NCBI RefSeq assembly: GCF_001194135.2 | Contig: NC_068999.1 | Location: 50,177,926 to 50,241,925 of the forward strand | Reading direction: 5' to 3' | DNA: 64,000 nt | From: Octopus bimaculoides | Taxonomy: Eukaryota | The notes under the pieces: model-generated | Seen by the model: the letters and a program-made list of their open reading frames with translations, nothing else | The model's database searches: none | Told to the model about the DNA's origin: nothing | Translations under genes and position numbers: made by a program | In this document: piece after piece, positions 24,431-37,150 of the stretch | Position numbering within the stretch: the first letter of the stretch is position 1 | How the letters are laid out: each line of letters starts with the position of its first letter

Positions 24431-26199
24431 AAATTTATATATCTATATATATATAACGTGTTTTCCACTGACTATTCTTTTATTCTTTTTCCAGAATACG
24501 TTTCAAAGATGAGGTACAAGGAACAGGCATAAATATATTTATTTTTTTTTAAATGAAAAGTAGACAGAAAAAAGATATATATATATACACACACAAAACA
24601 TATTGCCAAAAGGAAGGAAGAAGGTTCATATCTGATCAAATAAAATAAGGTTTGAAAAATATTTAAAAAATAAAGATGAAATATATCAATTCATTATGTT
24701 CAAAGATTGTGATTTAAGCCTTAAGAAATTAGTTAACATCAATTGATTCCACAAAGGGCTAAGATGAAAGTGATCAAAGCAAAAACAAAAGGCTGTATTC
24801 TTCAATATTTAGAATGTTGAAGGAATGATGTTACAACAAAATGGAATAACTAATAATGTTTAATATTAAAATGGGGAGATAAGTGATGTAGAGAGTAAGA
24901 CAAGCCTTTTATAGGTCCGCTTCGTAAATGGATATTTAAAAGATGTGTTAGTTGTGAAGAACAGGAAGATTTCATATCCTGACAGATGTTTAAAGAAACT
25001 ATTTTGGGAAGAATCCGTTTGAAATATTTCTAGAGAACTAAAAACAATAAGAAACCACAAAGAAAAATAACCTTATATAGAATTATATTAATATAAAATC
25101 CACAATGCAAATTTCAAACCTATTCCTTGGTAGTTGTGTTCTTTTTTTTTTTATAAGTAAAACAAAATAAGTCAAGAAACATGACATATTAAAATAATTG
25201 ACAAAAAAAAAAGCAATAACTTTATAAATTTACAGCTGTTGGGTGGAATTCGAATATAATGCTTGAGAATAAATCTCATATCGGAGAAACTGATGTGATA
25301 TTTGAAAAAAAAAATAATAATAATCAGGTAATCTCCAGCAAAAATTCAAACAAAAAGCTGATCGAATTGTGAAGAAAAAACGTAACAAAAACAAAAGAAA
25401 ATTTCAAACTAAACATTACTTATATCAAGACGCAGACTAATTATAAGATATTTAAAGGAAAGAAGACAACAGTTCATGGAGACAAAAAATAAAAATAGGA
25501 ATCCTCATAGCTAAGTTGAAATTTTGCTCCTTTTTCTTTTAATTTTTAAGATGCAAAAGAAAAAAAAACTCGGGACAGGCTAAAAGCAGATTTCAGAGTA
25601 ATAAAAATCAGGCGAAACATTTTTCATGAGAACACTTTAGAAATTAAACAAGAACGATTTTAGCGATCAAAAATACTCAAGGTTTCGAGTAAGTTTAATA
25701 TTAAATTTTGTTGTCTTTTCCAAGCTGCCTTTTTTGTCTTCTTTTTGTTGAAGATGCAGAAAACTCTGCAATGACACAGTACTGATGCTTGATTGAATCA
25801 GAATAAAATCATAATAGTTACATTATTTTACATGAAATAATCGGTAATCTATATTGAGAAATCTACCAAAAAGCCAATCTAATTCTTTGGAAAACATTTT
25901 AATAAATATGTAATAGAAAAAAGAAAGAAAAAGGCGAGAAAACATGACACTTTGTGTCTTGTTTTCTCATTTCACAGAGCTGAAGAGACCTCATTTTTTT
26001 TTTACAATCAACGAATTCTCAATTTATAATCATTGGCTGCAGAAAATATCTACATGATACATTAATACAGTAGTAGAAATTTTGTCTCTGTACCTTATAT
26101 AGTGATGAGTTGTTCAATTTGACTGTATAAAATGAATTTTCAACTTGCCAAGATAAAAGGGAAATCACACAAGCGCCATAATATCATAAGGCGGGTTTG

Positions 26200-26481
26200 A
26201 GTACGCATGACAGAAGATAGACAAAACTAAGGAAACGATAAAATGACATTTGGAGAAAAAATCTTTTTTACAAATTCTAATGAATTATTATGTAAGCAAT
26301 ATACTTACATTAAATTATAAAACTATTCATTTTGAGTAAATTTTTTTCTAAAATTGATTAAAAGTAGATTGTATAAGATGATATAGATTAGTTAGTTCTG
26401 ACAAATGCCAGTAATCGTTGCTACGCATGCGTTAAGTTTACTGTTTCAACATGGTTGGCAAGTTGACCCTAACAAGTAAGT
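26200..26481. promoter_or_regulatory. Candidate (bidirectional) promoter region and CEP19 first exon
   Basis: CpG-enriched and repeat-free; palindromic ACGCATGCGT (NRF1-like) at about 26423-26432; plus-strand AA|GTAAGT donor after 26475; lies between divergently oriented EMSY and CEP19. Confidence 0.4.
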
Positions 26482-27935
26482 ACAGATAGATTTTAATGTT
26501 TAATTCTCGACTTAAAATAATTTTCCGATTCTTCTGTAACTGAAATTATTGGAAAAAATAAAGATACACCAGATACTACTTGTCAAATTATTTTTTACTT
26601 TTAATTCCATCTCTAAAACATTGTTTTTTTATGTCGAATGTTGCTACTTAGCATAACTTTGCAATGTATGGAGATCTAACCTTTCTTTCTCGTTGTGTCG
26701 TATTTTTGTCGCGATACGTCTGTTACTTTTCCCCGCCTGCAAAAAGTTAGAAATATATAATCATGGAATTTTAAGGATATGTCATTACTTCATAACTAAT
26801 TTGTGTGGTCGGACCATCGCTGAAAACTTCGTCTTGAGGTGTCGATTGCATGGGAATAGCAGTTTCTTTCTTCTCCGAGTCAACATGGGGATTGTTCAAC
26901 TCGACTCTTAAAAAGTGACAAAACACTCTCTATTGTTTATAGTGCACAGGTGAATTGAGCTGTTGAAAGTCAAATGGGTTTTTCTTTCTTGAGAACACCT
27001 CACAGCATCGATCGGAAAATGCTGGATGCGAAATGTCGACCCTTCGGCCAGGAAGCCATGATCAGTGCCACTTGCGGGTCAACTTCATCTCGCCTTACAG
27101 AATATTAATGGAATATAAGTATGTATAGTGTTCATACCTTCATGGAGGACTTTTGCAGAATTCACGAAGTGTTTCAGCAAAGAGTTCATTTTCTCTTAAA
27201 CTTAAATGCTGTATATTGCTGTTAATGTAATACCAGTTATGATAAGAATTCTGCATCACAGTCTTGGAAACATTCAGAATACAATAAAAATATGGCATTC
27301 CATAAATAGCACCATTGTCTTCCTGTCTGTCTTGGAATATCCAATTACTGTGTCCCGTGCACTAATGTGTGTCTCCTAGTAACTGAACATGTGATGTATC
27401 TGGACTGGCACCTTCATTTGACAAGATTCTTGTGATTTTCCAAAAAATTTTTTCTTAAGTGAGATATTATTTTGCCAAAACACCCCACCCATCTATGAAT
27501 ATAATATAGAAGTCGGTAAAAACCTGTTTGTAGATATTTTGTGTTTATTATCTAATCTGTCGACTCAAACGCACACCAATCAGGACATATTGTGTAAATT
27601 ATTTTCACCTTGGCGAAAAGAAGTTCGGAATTCGTCTTCCATTGAACTACTGATGTATTTGGTACATTTATTATAACTATGTTATTGTGTAAGAAATCTG
27701 CTTACAGCACGGTGGAAAATGGTATGAAAAAATGATCATCAGAAAACACACAAGTCATCCTGTTAAAGCTATAAAAATAGGTTTTGTTACAAAGAAAAAG
27801 AAATAAATTATTAGATGATGTGTTTTCCTTTTTATTTATATCTATATAGATTATCAAAATATTGGGATTATACAAAACAGATAAAGTCACTGAAACATGT
27901 AAACCCTTAAACAGTTCAAAGAAATATGTGGATTG

Positions 27936-28078
27936 GGTTACTGCTTTTAATATGCCAGTTTGTCTTTTCAACTTGTATTTTGTCATATCACCTCCAATAT
28001 ATCATGTGCGCCTTGCTCCTTATTGAAATGACAAAATACAAGTTTAAAAGACAAACTGGCATATTAAAAGCAGTAACC
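27936..28078. repeat. 51-bp inverted repeat (1 mismatch) with 41-nt loop
   Basis: 27936-27986 is the reverse complement of 28028-28078. Confidence 0.9.
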
Positions 28079-29803
28079 AAGTTCGTATAAGCATGGAGAA
28101 AATGGGTGTCAAATATTAAGAGAGGGGAGCTATTTAGTCTCAGAAGCAATTTTATTTTTCTCTGCTGCCCATTGTACAGTCTTGTACATTTACTTTGTGA
28201 TTCTTTTGTCATTACTTCAACAAGTACAGTAGTATCTATACTTCACTGAGGAGGTGTAGTACAACTAAAGCATGTCAGAGGTGTTTCCCATACTTGCTGA
28301 AATAATTAAAATAATGTCAGTCATTGATTAATTTTTACTACATGATTATTTCCAGTTCTTTAATGCTCTTTGCAGCATTAAATATGTTAGCACCAAGTAG
28401 CTAATTTACAATTTGAAAAAAAAGATAATGCTGCTTTAAGAAAGAATTAAAATATTTTAGACAAGGCCTAATTAAAGTATGTGAAGGAACATGGCCTATT
28501 GGTTAGGATGTTGCATTCAAAATCCTGGTTTCACTCCCCAGACCAAGTGGTGCATTATGTTATTGAGCAAAACACTTCATGTTGCTCTAGTCCATTCAGC
28601 TATCAATGAACAGCATTTATATGCCATAGAAACTAGATGACGAGCTCTAATAGTCCCAGGACTCGATAGTAGTGTCCCAAGGACTTACTTTACTTTTTAT
28701 TTACCTAAAGAATAAGTGCCAAGCAAAATCCAAAATTAAATAATTAGCAGGTGATTGCCAATTTTAGAATCCTTTCTTATATCTAAATTGTTAAAAAGAA
28801 AATAGAGTTTGTTATTAACATAGCTGTTAAGGTACTTGCCAAATTATCAATGTCTTATATCCTATCACTAGCACAGCCTAGTGTTTCTTCTAAGTATACT
28901 AAGGCCTTGATTGAGTTCATTTCACTATAAGTAGATAACTAATAAAATATACAGTTCACAAGTATGATCAACTGGATATGAGATTATTGTGTATTAGGAA
29001 AACACTTTGTTTACTGGTCTTGCTGAACTCAGAATTCTGTCATGGGCCTGAAGAAGTTTGTCAGTCGCTAAAACAAAATATTAGAATGGTGGAATGTTAG
29101 TGATTGTTATGTTTAGTCTTGTTTCACACTCTAAACCTTGCCAGAATCCACTTACCATCTAATCATTTACTGAGATTATTTCAATCAACTATGTCATTTC
29201 CTGTACAAGTCTTTAATGTTGTATCAATGTAAGGAGATCGTTGCTAGCATTTAAGTTGTTAGGCCTATCAGAAAGTGAGCTGCCATCATGATGTGATTGG
29301 CAGTAATATTTACAGGTTTTTTTGTCATGTAATACTAGTGAATAGGTCTCTGAATATGCTACACCATGTTATTTTTGGTCTTGCTTCTCTGATGCTTACA
29401 GTTTGACATTACGATTTGTATTGCAGTCTTTGAATGTTATTGATTTGGTAAGATCGAGTTGTATCTATCCAAGTATATGCTATACTTTGTTGTCATAGTT
29501 TCAAAGAAAGAAATATATTAAAAAAATAGAAAGAAAGAAAACATGCACAAGAATAGAATCTGCTACAAACCTTGTACTAACATCTCTATAGTTGTGGTTA
29601 GAAGCTTGCTTCCCAACCACATGGTTTCTGGTTCAGTCCCACTCCATGACACCATGGGCAAGTGTCTTCTACTATAGTCTTGGCCAGCCAAAGCTTTGTC
29701 AGTGGATTTGGTAGGCAGAAACTGAAAGATGCCCATCATATATACATACATATAAAGTCAGTAAATAGTGGGGTTGTGTTAACCGCACGTGGAGAAATAA
29801 TAG

Positions 29804-30559
29804 GAAAATGAAGAATAAGGCAGAATGCTAAATTGGAAGCATGTTTTAATAAAGATTTCAAATTGGAAACATGTTTTGATAAAGGTTTCTAACCGGCTTT
29901 CATTGCGAAGCAAATTTTCAAGAAGGAGAATGAAAATGTTTTTTACAAAGAAGTACAAAATGAAGAAAATAATATATAAAAAAATAACTATACCAATACA
30001 TTATATTGTCTTTGAGCTTTTGAAGTTCAATGGTAATCCATGTATATAATGGTTGGAAAAATAAGGACNNNNNNNNNNNNNNNNNNNNNNNNNNNNNNNN
30101 NNNNNNNNNNNNNNNNNNNNNNNNNNNNNNNNNNNNNNNNNNNNNNNNNNNNNNNNNNNNNNNNNNNNNNNNNNNNNNNNNNNNNNNNNNNNNNNNNNNN
30201 NNNNNNNNNNNNNNNNNNNNNNNNNNNNNNNNNNNNNNNNNNNNNNNNNNNNNNNNNNNNNNNNNNNNNNNNNNNNNNNNNNNNNNNNNNNNNNNNNNNN
30301 NNNNNNNNNNNNNNNNNNNNNNNNNNNNNNNNNNNNNNNAATATAATGTATTGGTATAGTTATTTTTTTTATATATTATTTTTTTATATATTATTTTCTT
30401 CATTTTGTACTTCTTTGTAAAAAGCATTTTCATTCTCCTTCTTGAAAACTTGCTTCGCAATGAAAGCCGGTTAGAAACCTTTATTAAAACATGCTTCCAA
30501 TTTGAAATCTTTATTAAAACATGCTTCCAGTTTAGCATTCTGCCTTATTCTTCATTTTC
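29804..30559. mobile_element. Foldback/MITE-like element with about 200-bp inverted arms around an N gap
   Basis: 29804-30006 is the reverse complement of about 30340-30559; each arm contains a 30-bp tandem duplication. Confidence 0.7.
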
Positions 30560-30560
30560 T

Positions 30561-30602
<42 letters not shown>

Positions 30603-32564
30603 TATATGTCAGTGTCTCCCACCCACCGCTTGACAACCGGTGTTGGTGTGTTTACATCACTATAACTTAATTTGGCAAAAGAGACCAATAAAATAAGGTA
30701 CCAGGTTTTAAAAAATAAGTTATGGTGTCGATTCATTTGATAAAAAAATTCTTCATGGGGGTGTCCCAGCATGGCCACGGTCTAATGACTGAAATAAGTA
30801 AAAGATAAAAGTTATTCACTGCATAAACAAAAAACATGTTGGAAGAATTTGCAAGAGATATAATAGACATTCTGATCACGAATAACATTTTGTTTTTCTT
30901 TACTTAAAGTTTGATGTGTCTGCATGAAGTCAGACATTTCCATAACCACTGAAATTAGGGTGGTGGGGACCATGTTTGTCACTGTTTGAATAACTGGCTA
31001 GATTTAAGCAGAAATCTAATTTTTCATCTTGCTGTGAAAAGAACAGCTTGGGACATCTTTAGAACAGCTAGTGATATATTTGGAATTCAAAAATAAAATT
31101 TGTTTTAAAAAATATGCTGCCTGAAAAAACACCATTTTGAGCATGGCCACTGCCAGTATTGTGAGAGGGGTGTATGAAAGGAGCACTCAATATTCTAGCA
31201 CCCACTACACTCTCGGAGTGGTTGGCGTTAGGAAGGGCATCCAGCTGTAGAAACTCTACCAAATCAGATTGGAGCCTGGTGTAGCCATCTGGTTTCANNN
31301 NNNNNNNTCTACCAAATCAGATTGGAGCCTGGTGTAGCCATCTGGTTTCACCAGTCCTCAGTCAAATCGTCCAAACCATGCTAGCATGGAAAGCGGACTT
31401 TAAACGACGACGACGATAATGATGACGGATAGATGAAAGAAACTGATGTGACCTAAGGGATAGTTTAATGACAGAGGTTCAGGATGTGTGGGAGAAAAGG
31501 AATGAGTAATGCTGGCGGAGAGAATAACAGAAAGTGATGAAAGGCAGTACAGGGGTGGAGATGAAGGTAGAATGAACTGGATACGTGATCCTATGTAGTC
31601 ACTCGCGCATAATCTATGAGATGATCCAGAAGGATTGAGTGATGGGGATGGTGGAATGGCAAATGGTAAGTAAGTGGGTCCTATACTTGTGAGCAACACA
31701 AGGAGTAATAGAGAGTGTCAGAATTGTTGCTGTGGCATTTTTTTATTTTGTTACAGTGACTGGAAGCATAATACAGTGAGAATTGAGAAGTGACTTAGAG
31801 ACCAGCAATAGGGCATGAGTAAACGAATGCAATGGATGACAAGCAGTAGACGAGAAATAAAAAAAACATGAGCGAGAGAGAGAACAATGTGTGGCAAAGA
31901 GAAAAGAGATGCACTGCAGTGCAGTTCATAAGAGGAGGGAGTGATGAAGAGATGAGTAATGGGAAGCAGGAGAGATAGAGTGTAATATGAAGGGTAAGCA
32001 TTAGGAATACTAGTTGGGTATGAGGCTGTAAAGGGGTCAATGATGTAGACTAGGCCATAGGCAGACATGCATGGATACTTATATACAAACATGCATATAT
32101 GTGTATATATATATGTATGTCAATTTAATACACAACCAAAAGAACTACTATGTGAAGAAGGTTGATTCGAAAAAATGGAATGAAAAAGACGAAACGAAAC
32201 CAAGAAAATTAAGATCTCTGTTTTCCCTGATTGTGGAAGCCACAATTAATACAGCAAGTATAGAAAAAAAAATAGCAGGAAATATGCCAAAGTTTGTGAG
32301 GCAGCAGCAACTCAAACCTTCTCATTTTTTCCATGTTTTTTCTTATTTTCTTACTGTCCAGCATCCTTTATTTTTAAAATATATCTAACGCATAAACAGA
32401 GCCTGAAAGATTGCCGTATTTTATAAACATGCCTCGTTAAATTATCGTAAAAGCATGAAAGTATTAGTAGCTCTTTTGGTTGTGCATTAAATTGATATTT
32501 CTCACTGGATGGAGTACTTCTTTTGTTGATTTTACCTATATTGGATCTATAAGTTCTCCCCCAC

Positions 32565-32597
<33 letters not shown>

Positions 32598-33869
32598 GCT
32601 ATATGTTTATATACATACATTGCATGATTTTATCATCAATTGTGCCACACCCAGGCAGGCAAGTGAGTCTTCATACAGGTTACTGCCAGTCAGCACAGTC
32701 CTTTGTCATCTCCTCCATGAGGTATAACAAATTTAGGTCTCTCTTCACCATGTCATCTGATTCCTCTTCCATTTAGTTTTTCTCTCAGTTCATTTGTGCT
32801 CTGTCATTTGTACACATTTAGTACTAGATGTCCAGCAGAGCATGCTTGCTTTATTTGTGGTCTAACCTTTCGCAGCACCTCTGCATTCAAGGCCTACATT
32901 TCACTACCTTAGCATTGCACTTCACATGAAGCAACATACAATCAGCTCTTCATTCTGACGGAGAGAAACCCCCAAAATATTTCCAACCTGTTCTTACTCT
33001 GGCTACTATGTTCTGAGCATATGTCCCCTTATTACTGCAGTTACAAGGGAACTGCCAGGACATTAGATGGAGGCTATTTTTTATGTATTTCTAGTATGTA
33101 TTACTCCTGTCACTTCTGCATTTATTGTATACTCTCCACTACTGTCATCTTGATAGGCATACACCCAGCGGAGAGCTTACCATGAGTTATCTTTGATCCT
33201 TTGAATCCTTATTCCTGCTCTATGTGTATTTGTGTGTATATACTATTGGATTCCGTACAGTTTCCATTTATTAAATTCCCCTCAAATCATTGGTCAATTC
33301 TAGCTACTGTAGAAGTATCTAAGGTGATGTACAGAGGAATCCCCCACAGCCAGACATGTTTTTGCAGAATGTTGGAAATGACTGATACTGCTTGTATGAT
33401 AGTAACACTCATTTACAACTGCCATGCGATATCATCTGTCAAATCCACTCAGTGCTTTGGTCAGACCAAGGCTTTATGCAGGAGTGTGATACACAAAATG
33501 TCACACAGTGGGACTGAACCCAAAGCCACATAACTGGGGAGCTGACTGCTTAATTACACACACACACTGTTCTTTGACTAGTCTCAGTCATTTGACTGGT
33601 TGTACTAGGGTACCTCCTTCTTGAACAAAGTCAATTACATTGACCCTTGTTACTTGATATTACTGAGTTCAATGAGGATGAAAGGTGAAAGGCAAAATGA
33701 ATCTGGGTAGCATCTTGATCTGAGGACCCAAAGAGATAAGCAAATATTCCAAGGTATTTCATCTGATACTCTATCAATTCAGTATCCACCTGACATATAT
33801 TATATACTATTAATTTCTGGTTTTCTTCTTTTACAGAGTAAAAACAAACAACAAAATTTGGTTTTCAAA

Positions 33870-34577
33870 ATGGAAGATCATGATGTGGTGTGCCACAAGT
33901 GTGGGATACGGATACATCCACCGGCACTTATTATAACTTATTCTTATTCTTCAAGTGAGAAAATCAGACGAAGAACTATGCCTCTGCGCTTTTTCAATGC
34001 TAATTCCAAAATAGAGACCATCTCCGAAGAACTATTGAACAACCCACGCCATCAAAAGTTTGTCAAGAAACTTCCCCGCACACAGCTTGAAAACTTACTC
34101 AACATGCTAAAAGAATGCTTGAACGGTTCCACAATCAAAGAGTGTCTTCAAAGAAAGCAATTGGAAAAGAGTTTATTAATTAATCCCAACGAAGACTTAA
34201 ACAAGCTTGGGGATGAAGAGCTGAATGCAAGGAAAGCCATCATGAACAAACTGTTTGAGAAGAACGCAACGAAGCCAACCGACGAAGATTTCATTTACGA
34301 TATTCAGATCGAATATAGCAACTCAGATGCCGAGCCTTGTAGCTGGGACTGTATATATGATGCCGATGCTGTATCTGTTATTGTAGGAACTAATAAAGAT
34401 ATTGGAAGTGATGATGAATTTGGTGGTAGTGGGGGGAGTGATGGTGACATTAAAAGGCATGACAGTGATGATGTTGTCAACTATGACACTGGTGATGATG
34501 ATTATGATCTCGACGATGAAGATGATATCGATGATAAGGATGAGGATTCTGCTGCCAATGCTGATGATGAAACTTAA
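33870..34577 (+). CDS. CEP19: Centrosomal protein of 19 kDa, single coding exon, 235 aa
   Basis: Hallmark CEP19 motifs: KCGIRIHPPALIITY, RRRTMPLR, NNPRHQKF, INPNEDLNKLGDEEL, KAIMNKLFEKN, FIYDIQIEY, CSWD. TTTTACAG acceptor at 33836; ATG at 33870. Confidence 0.95.
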   Translation: MEDHDVVCHKCGIRIHPPALIITYSYSSSEKIRRRTMPLRFFNANSKIETISEELLNNPRHQKFVKKLPRTQLENLLNMLKECLNGSTIKECLQRKQLEKSLLINPNEDLNKLGDEELNARKAIMNKLFEKNATKPTDEDFIYDIQIEYSNSDAEPCSWDCIYDADAVSVIVGTNKDIGSDDEFGGSGGSDGDIKRHDSDDVVNYDTGDDDYDLDDEDDIDDKDEDSAANADDET

Positions 34578-34891
34578 GCTGTATGTTATTGCAAGCAAGT
34601 CAATAGGCATGGGTTTTTTTTTTCATTTTATCTCGTCTTTTATGTATACTATTGTAGATGAAAAAAAACACATCAATTATTTACAAGGAAAAGAAAAAAA
34701 TACAACTTATTTATTTCAAAGTATGTCTTGATGTTGTTATATATTGAATTTTTTCTTTTTTTTTCCATTTTTTTTTTACTTTTTAAAAAAATGTTTTATT
34801 TTAAACTCTTGTGTGGATGATGCCAGTGCTGCCTGACTGGCACGTGTGCCGGTGGCACTTAAAAAATCAACCACTTGAGCATGGTCAATAC

Positions 34892-35060
34892 CAGTGCCAC
34901 CTGACTGGCACCCATGCCAGTGGCATGTAAAAAGCTCTATTCAAGCATGGCTGATGTCAGTGCCACCTGACTGGCTCCCGTGCCAGTGGCATGTAAAAAG
35001 CTCTATTCAAGCATGGCTGATGTCAGTGCCACCTGACTGGCTCCCGAGTCAGTGGCACAT
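34892..35060. repeat. 66-bp tandem repeat (about 2.6 copies) inside a SINE
   Basis: Unit CAGTGCCACCTGACTGGC...GCATGGCTGATGT starts at 34892, 34958 and 35024. Confidence 0.9.
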
Positions 35061-35275
35061 AAAAGGTATCCAGCTGTAGAAACCTTGCCAAATCAGATTG
35101 GAGTCTGGTGCCAATCCTCAGTCAAACCATCCAACCCATGCCAGCATGGAAAGCAGATGCTAAACAATGATGATGATGATGATTGTCACTGTATTTCTCT
35201 TGAAGTAAACTGCCATTGTTTCAATTAATCTTGAAAATAATGAAGACTTTAGTAAAACAACATCGACATTATTAA

Positions 35276-35493
35276 CCCTTTAGTGTTTAAACCGGCTATA
35301 TCCGGCCCAAATATTCTACTCATTTTATGCTCAAACTGGCCAGAACCAGTATCTCACATCTACTCTGCAATGTCATTCTAAAAATAAACAATTACATCTC
35401 TCAAATCTTGAAGTTACAAGATAATACCAGATTAATTTTTTAAAGTGTACATGAATAAGGATTACTTTTGACATTAATTTGAACACTAAAGGG
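35276..35493. mobile_element. piggyBac-type MITE
   Basis: TTAA|CCCTTTAGTGTT ... AACACTAAAGGG|TTAA: perfect 12-bp TIR with TTAA TSD. Confidence 0.85.
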
Positions 35494-36039
35494 TTAAGCT
35501 GGTGTTTGCAACATTAATCTGAAATTTTAATGGACAGTTTCAATTTATATTACATTAGCATTTAAACCAGCCATTTCTGTCCAAAATACTCTGTTTTATG
35601 TTCAAACTGGCCAGATCTGATCTTTCACCCCAGCCCTACAATATCATTCTAAACTTAACAGTTACTTCTTCAAAATGTCAATGCTGTTAGCAGGTGACTG
35701 CCATCAAACCCTACCAGTGATCTGTAAAGGAATAAAAACCATCTTTGCCTTAACCTTTTAGCATTTAAACTGGCTATATCCAGCCAAAATATTCTTCCTG
35801 CTTTGTATTCAAACTAGCCAGATCCAACCTCTCACACCTACCCTACAATGTTGGTCTAAAAGACATATAGTCACCAAGGTTACAAGATAATGCAGGATAA
35901 ATTCAAATCAATGTGAATAAGCATTACTTTTGACAATAATCTGAATGCTAAAGGGTTAGATCATCATCAGACTGGACCAGAATTAACCCTTTAGCACTCA
36001 GATTAATCTATCAACTGGAATGCTCATTTGACCACATTG

Positions 36040-37150
36040 CTTCAAATGATTTTGACGATGTGATTGTGGGCAGCTGGATTTGGGAGGAGAAGGGAGAGTC
36101 TTAAAGATGACCTAATTAGGGACACCCTAATTGTGAGAGCAGGAAGATCTATAGACATGTAATATAGAGGACAAATGGAAGTTTCTACAGGACAACTTGC
36201 TGAGTGCCACAGGCCAAATCTGTGGGTGGTGCAAAGTCCCAACCAAACCAGGAATGATGTGGTGGTGGAACGGTGCTGTAGACAAGGCCACTAGAGTGAA
36301 AGACAAACCTGGATGAATGGTGGTAATAGACAAGCAATGTCTAGAATCAAAGGGTTTTCGGCATAATTTAGCAATGACCAAAATCGTAGTAAGAAAACAG
36401 ACAAATCACAGATCTCTTCAGGGAGATGGCCCTGTGTAGAAAAGGTGTCAGTAGAAACTCCATTCAATGTATCCTGTGCAAGCTATAGGCACATAAGAGA
36501 TATGGCAGTATCACTGGAAGATTAATAGAGAAAATAGACTTTACAAGTGGCAGATACATTAAACACTAGGAATGCACAGAAAATAGACTCCCTATGTCCA
36601 GGGAGAAGTCCTTAGAAGTAGTAGACAGTTTTCATTACATAAGAGACTGAGTTAGCAATGGTAGAGGTTGTTCCAAAAGTATAGCTGTTAGAATAAGAAT
36701 GGGCTGGGCAAAGTTCAGAGAGTTACTAACTGTTAGTAAGAAAGGGACTCTCCCTGAGTGAAAGGCAGATTGCATGGTGTCTGTGTATGAATAGTTATGC
36801 TACATGGTAGTGAGACATGAGCTGTGACAATAAGATGTGAAGGCATGAAAGAAATGAAGCCAGCATGCTCCACTGGATGTATATACTATAGAATGTGATT
36901 TGAAAGAAAAACTGGGTATATGAGGCATTAGATGTGGTATGTAAGGGAGAAAACTGCACTGGTATGGTCACGTGATGAATATGGATGAGGACGGGGAGCA
37001 TCAAGAAGTGCTGATCTCTAATTGTGGAGGGAATGTGATGAAGGGGTACACCCAGGAAAACGTGGGACAAATAATCTTGAAATGTTGGGCCTCACAGAAG
37101 GGATGACAGGGGACCAAGACTTCCGACGGTTTGCTGTGCTTGAGAAGACA
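36040..37150 (+). mobile_element. Degraded RTE-clade LINE (RT 3' part, internally deleted)
   Basis: Fragments LESKGFRHNLAMTKIVV, RIRMGWAKFRELL, LHGSET and EMLGLTEGMTGDQDFRRFAVLEKT; many stops and frameshifts. Confidence 0.75.

Noticed and set aside
31255-31345. Direct duplication of about 45 nt on both sides of a 10-N gap
   Set aside because: Typical contig-overlap artefact inside a SINE.
34892-35060. Regularly spaced repeats as a CRISPR-like array
   Set aside because: Eukaryotic context; contiguous tandem units without unique spacers; no cas genes.
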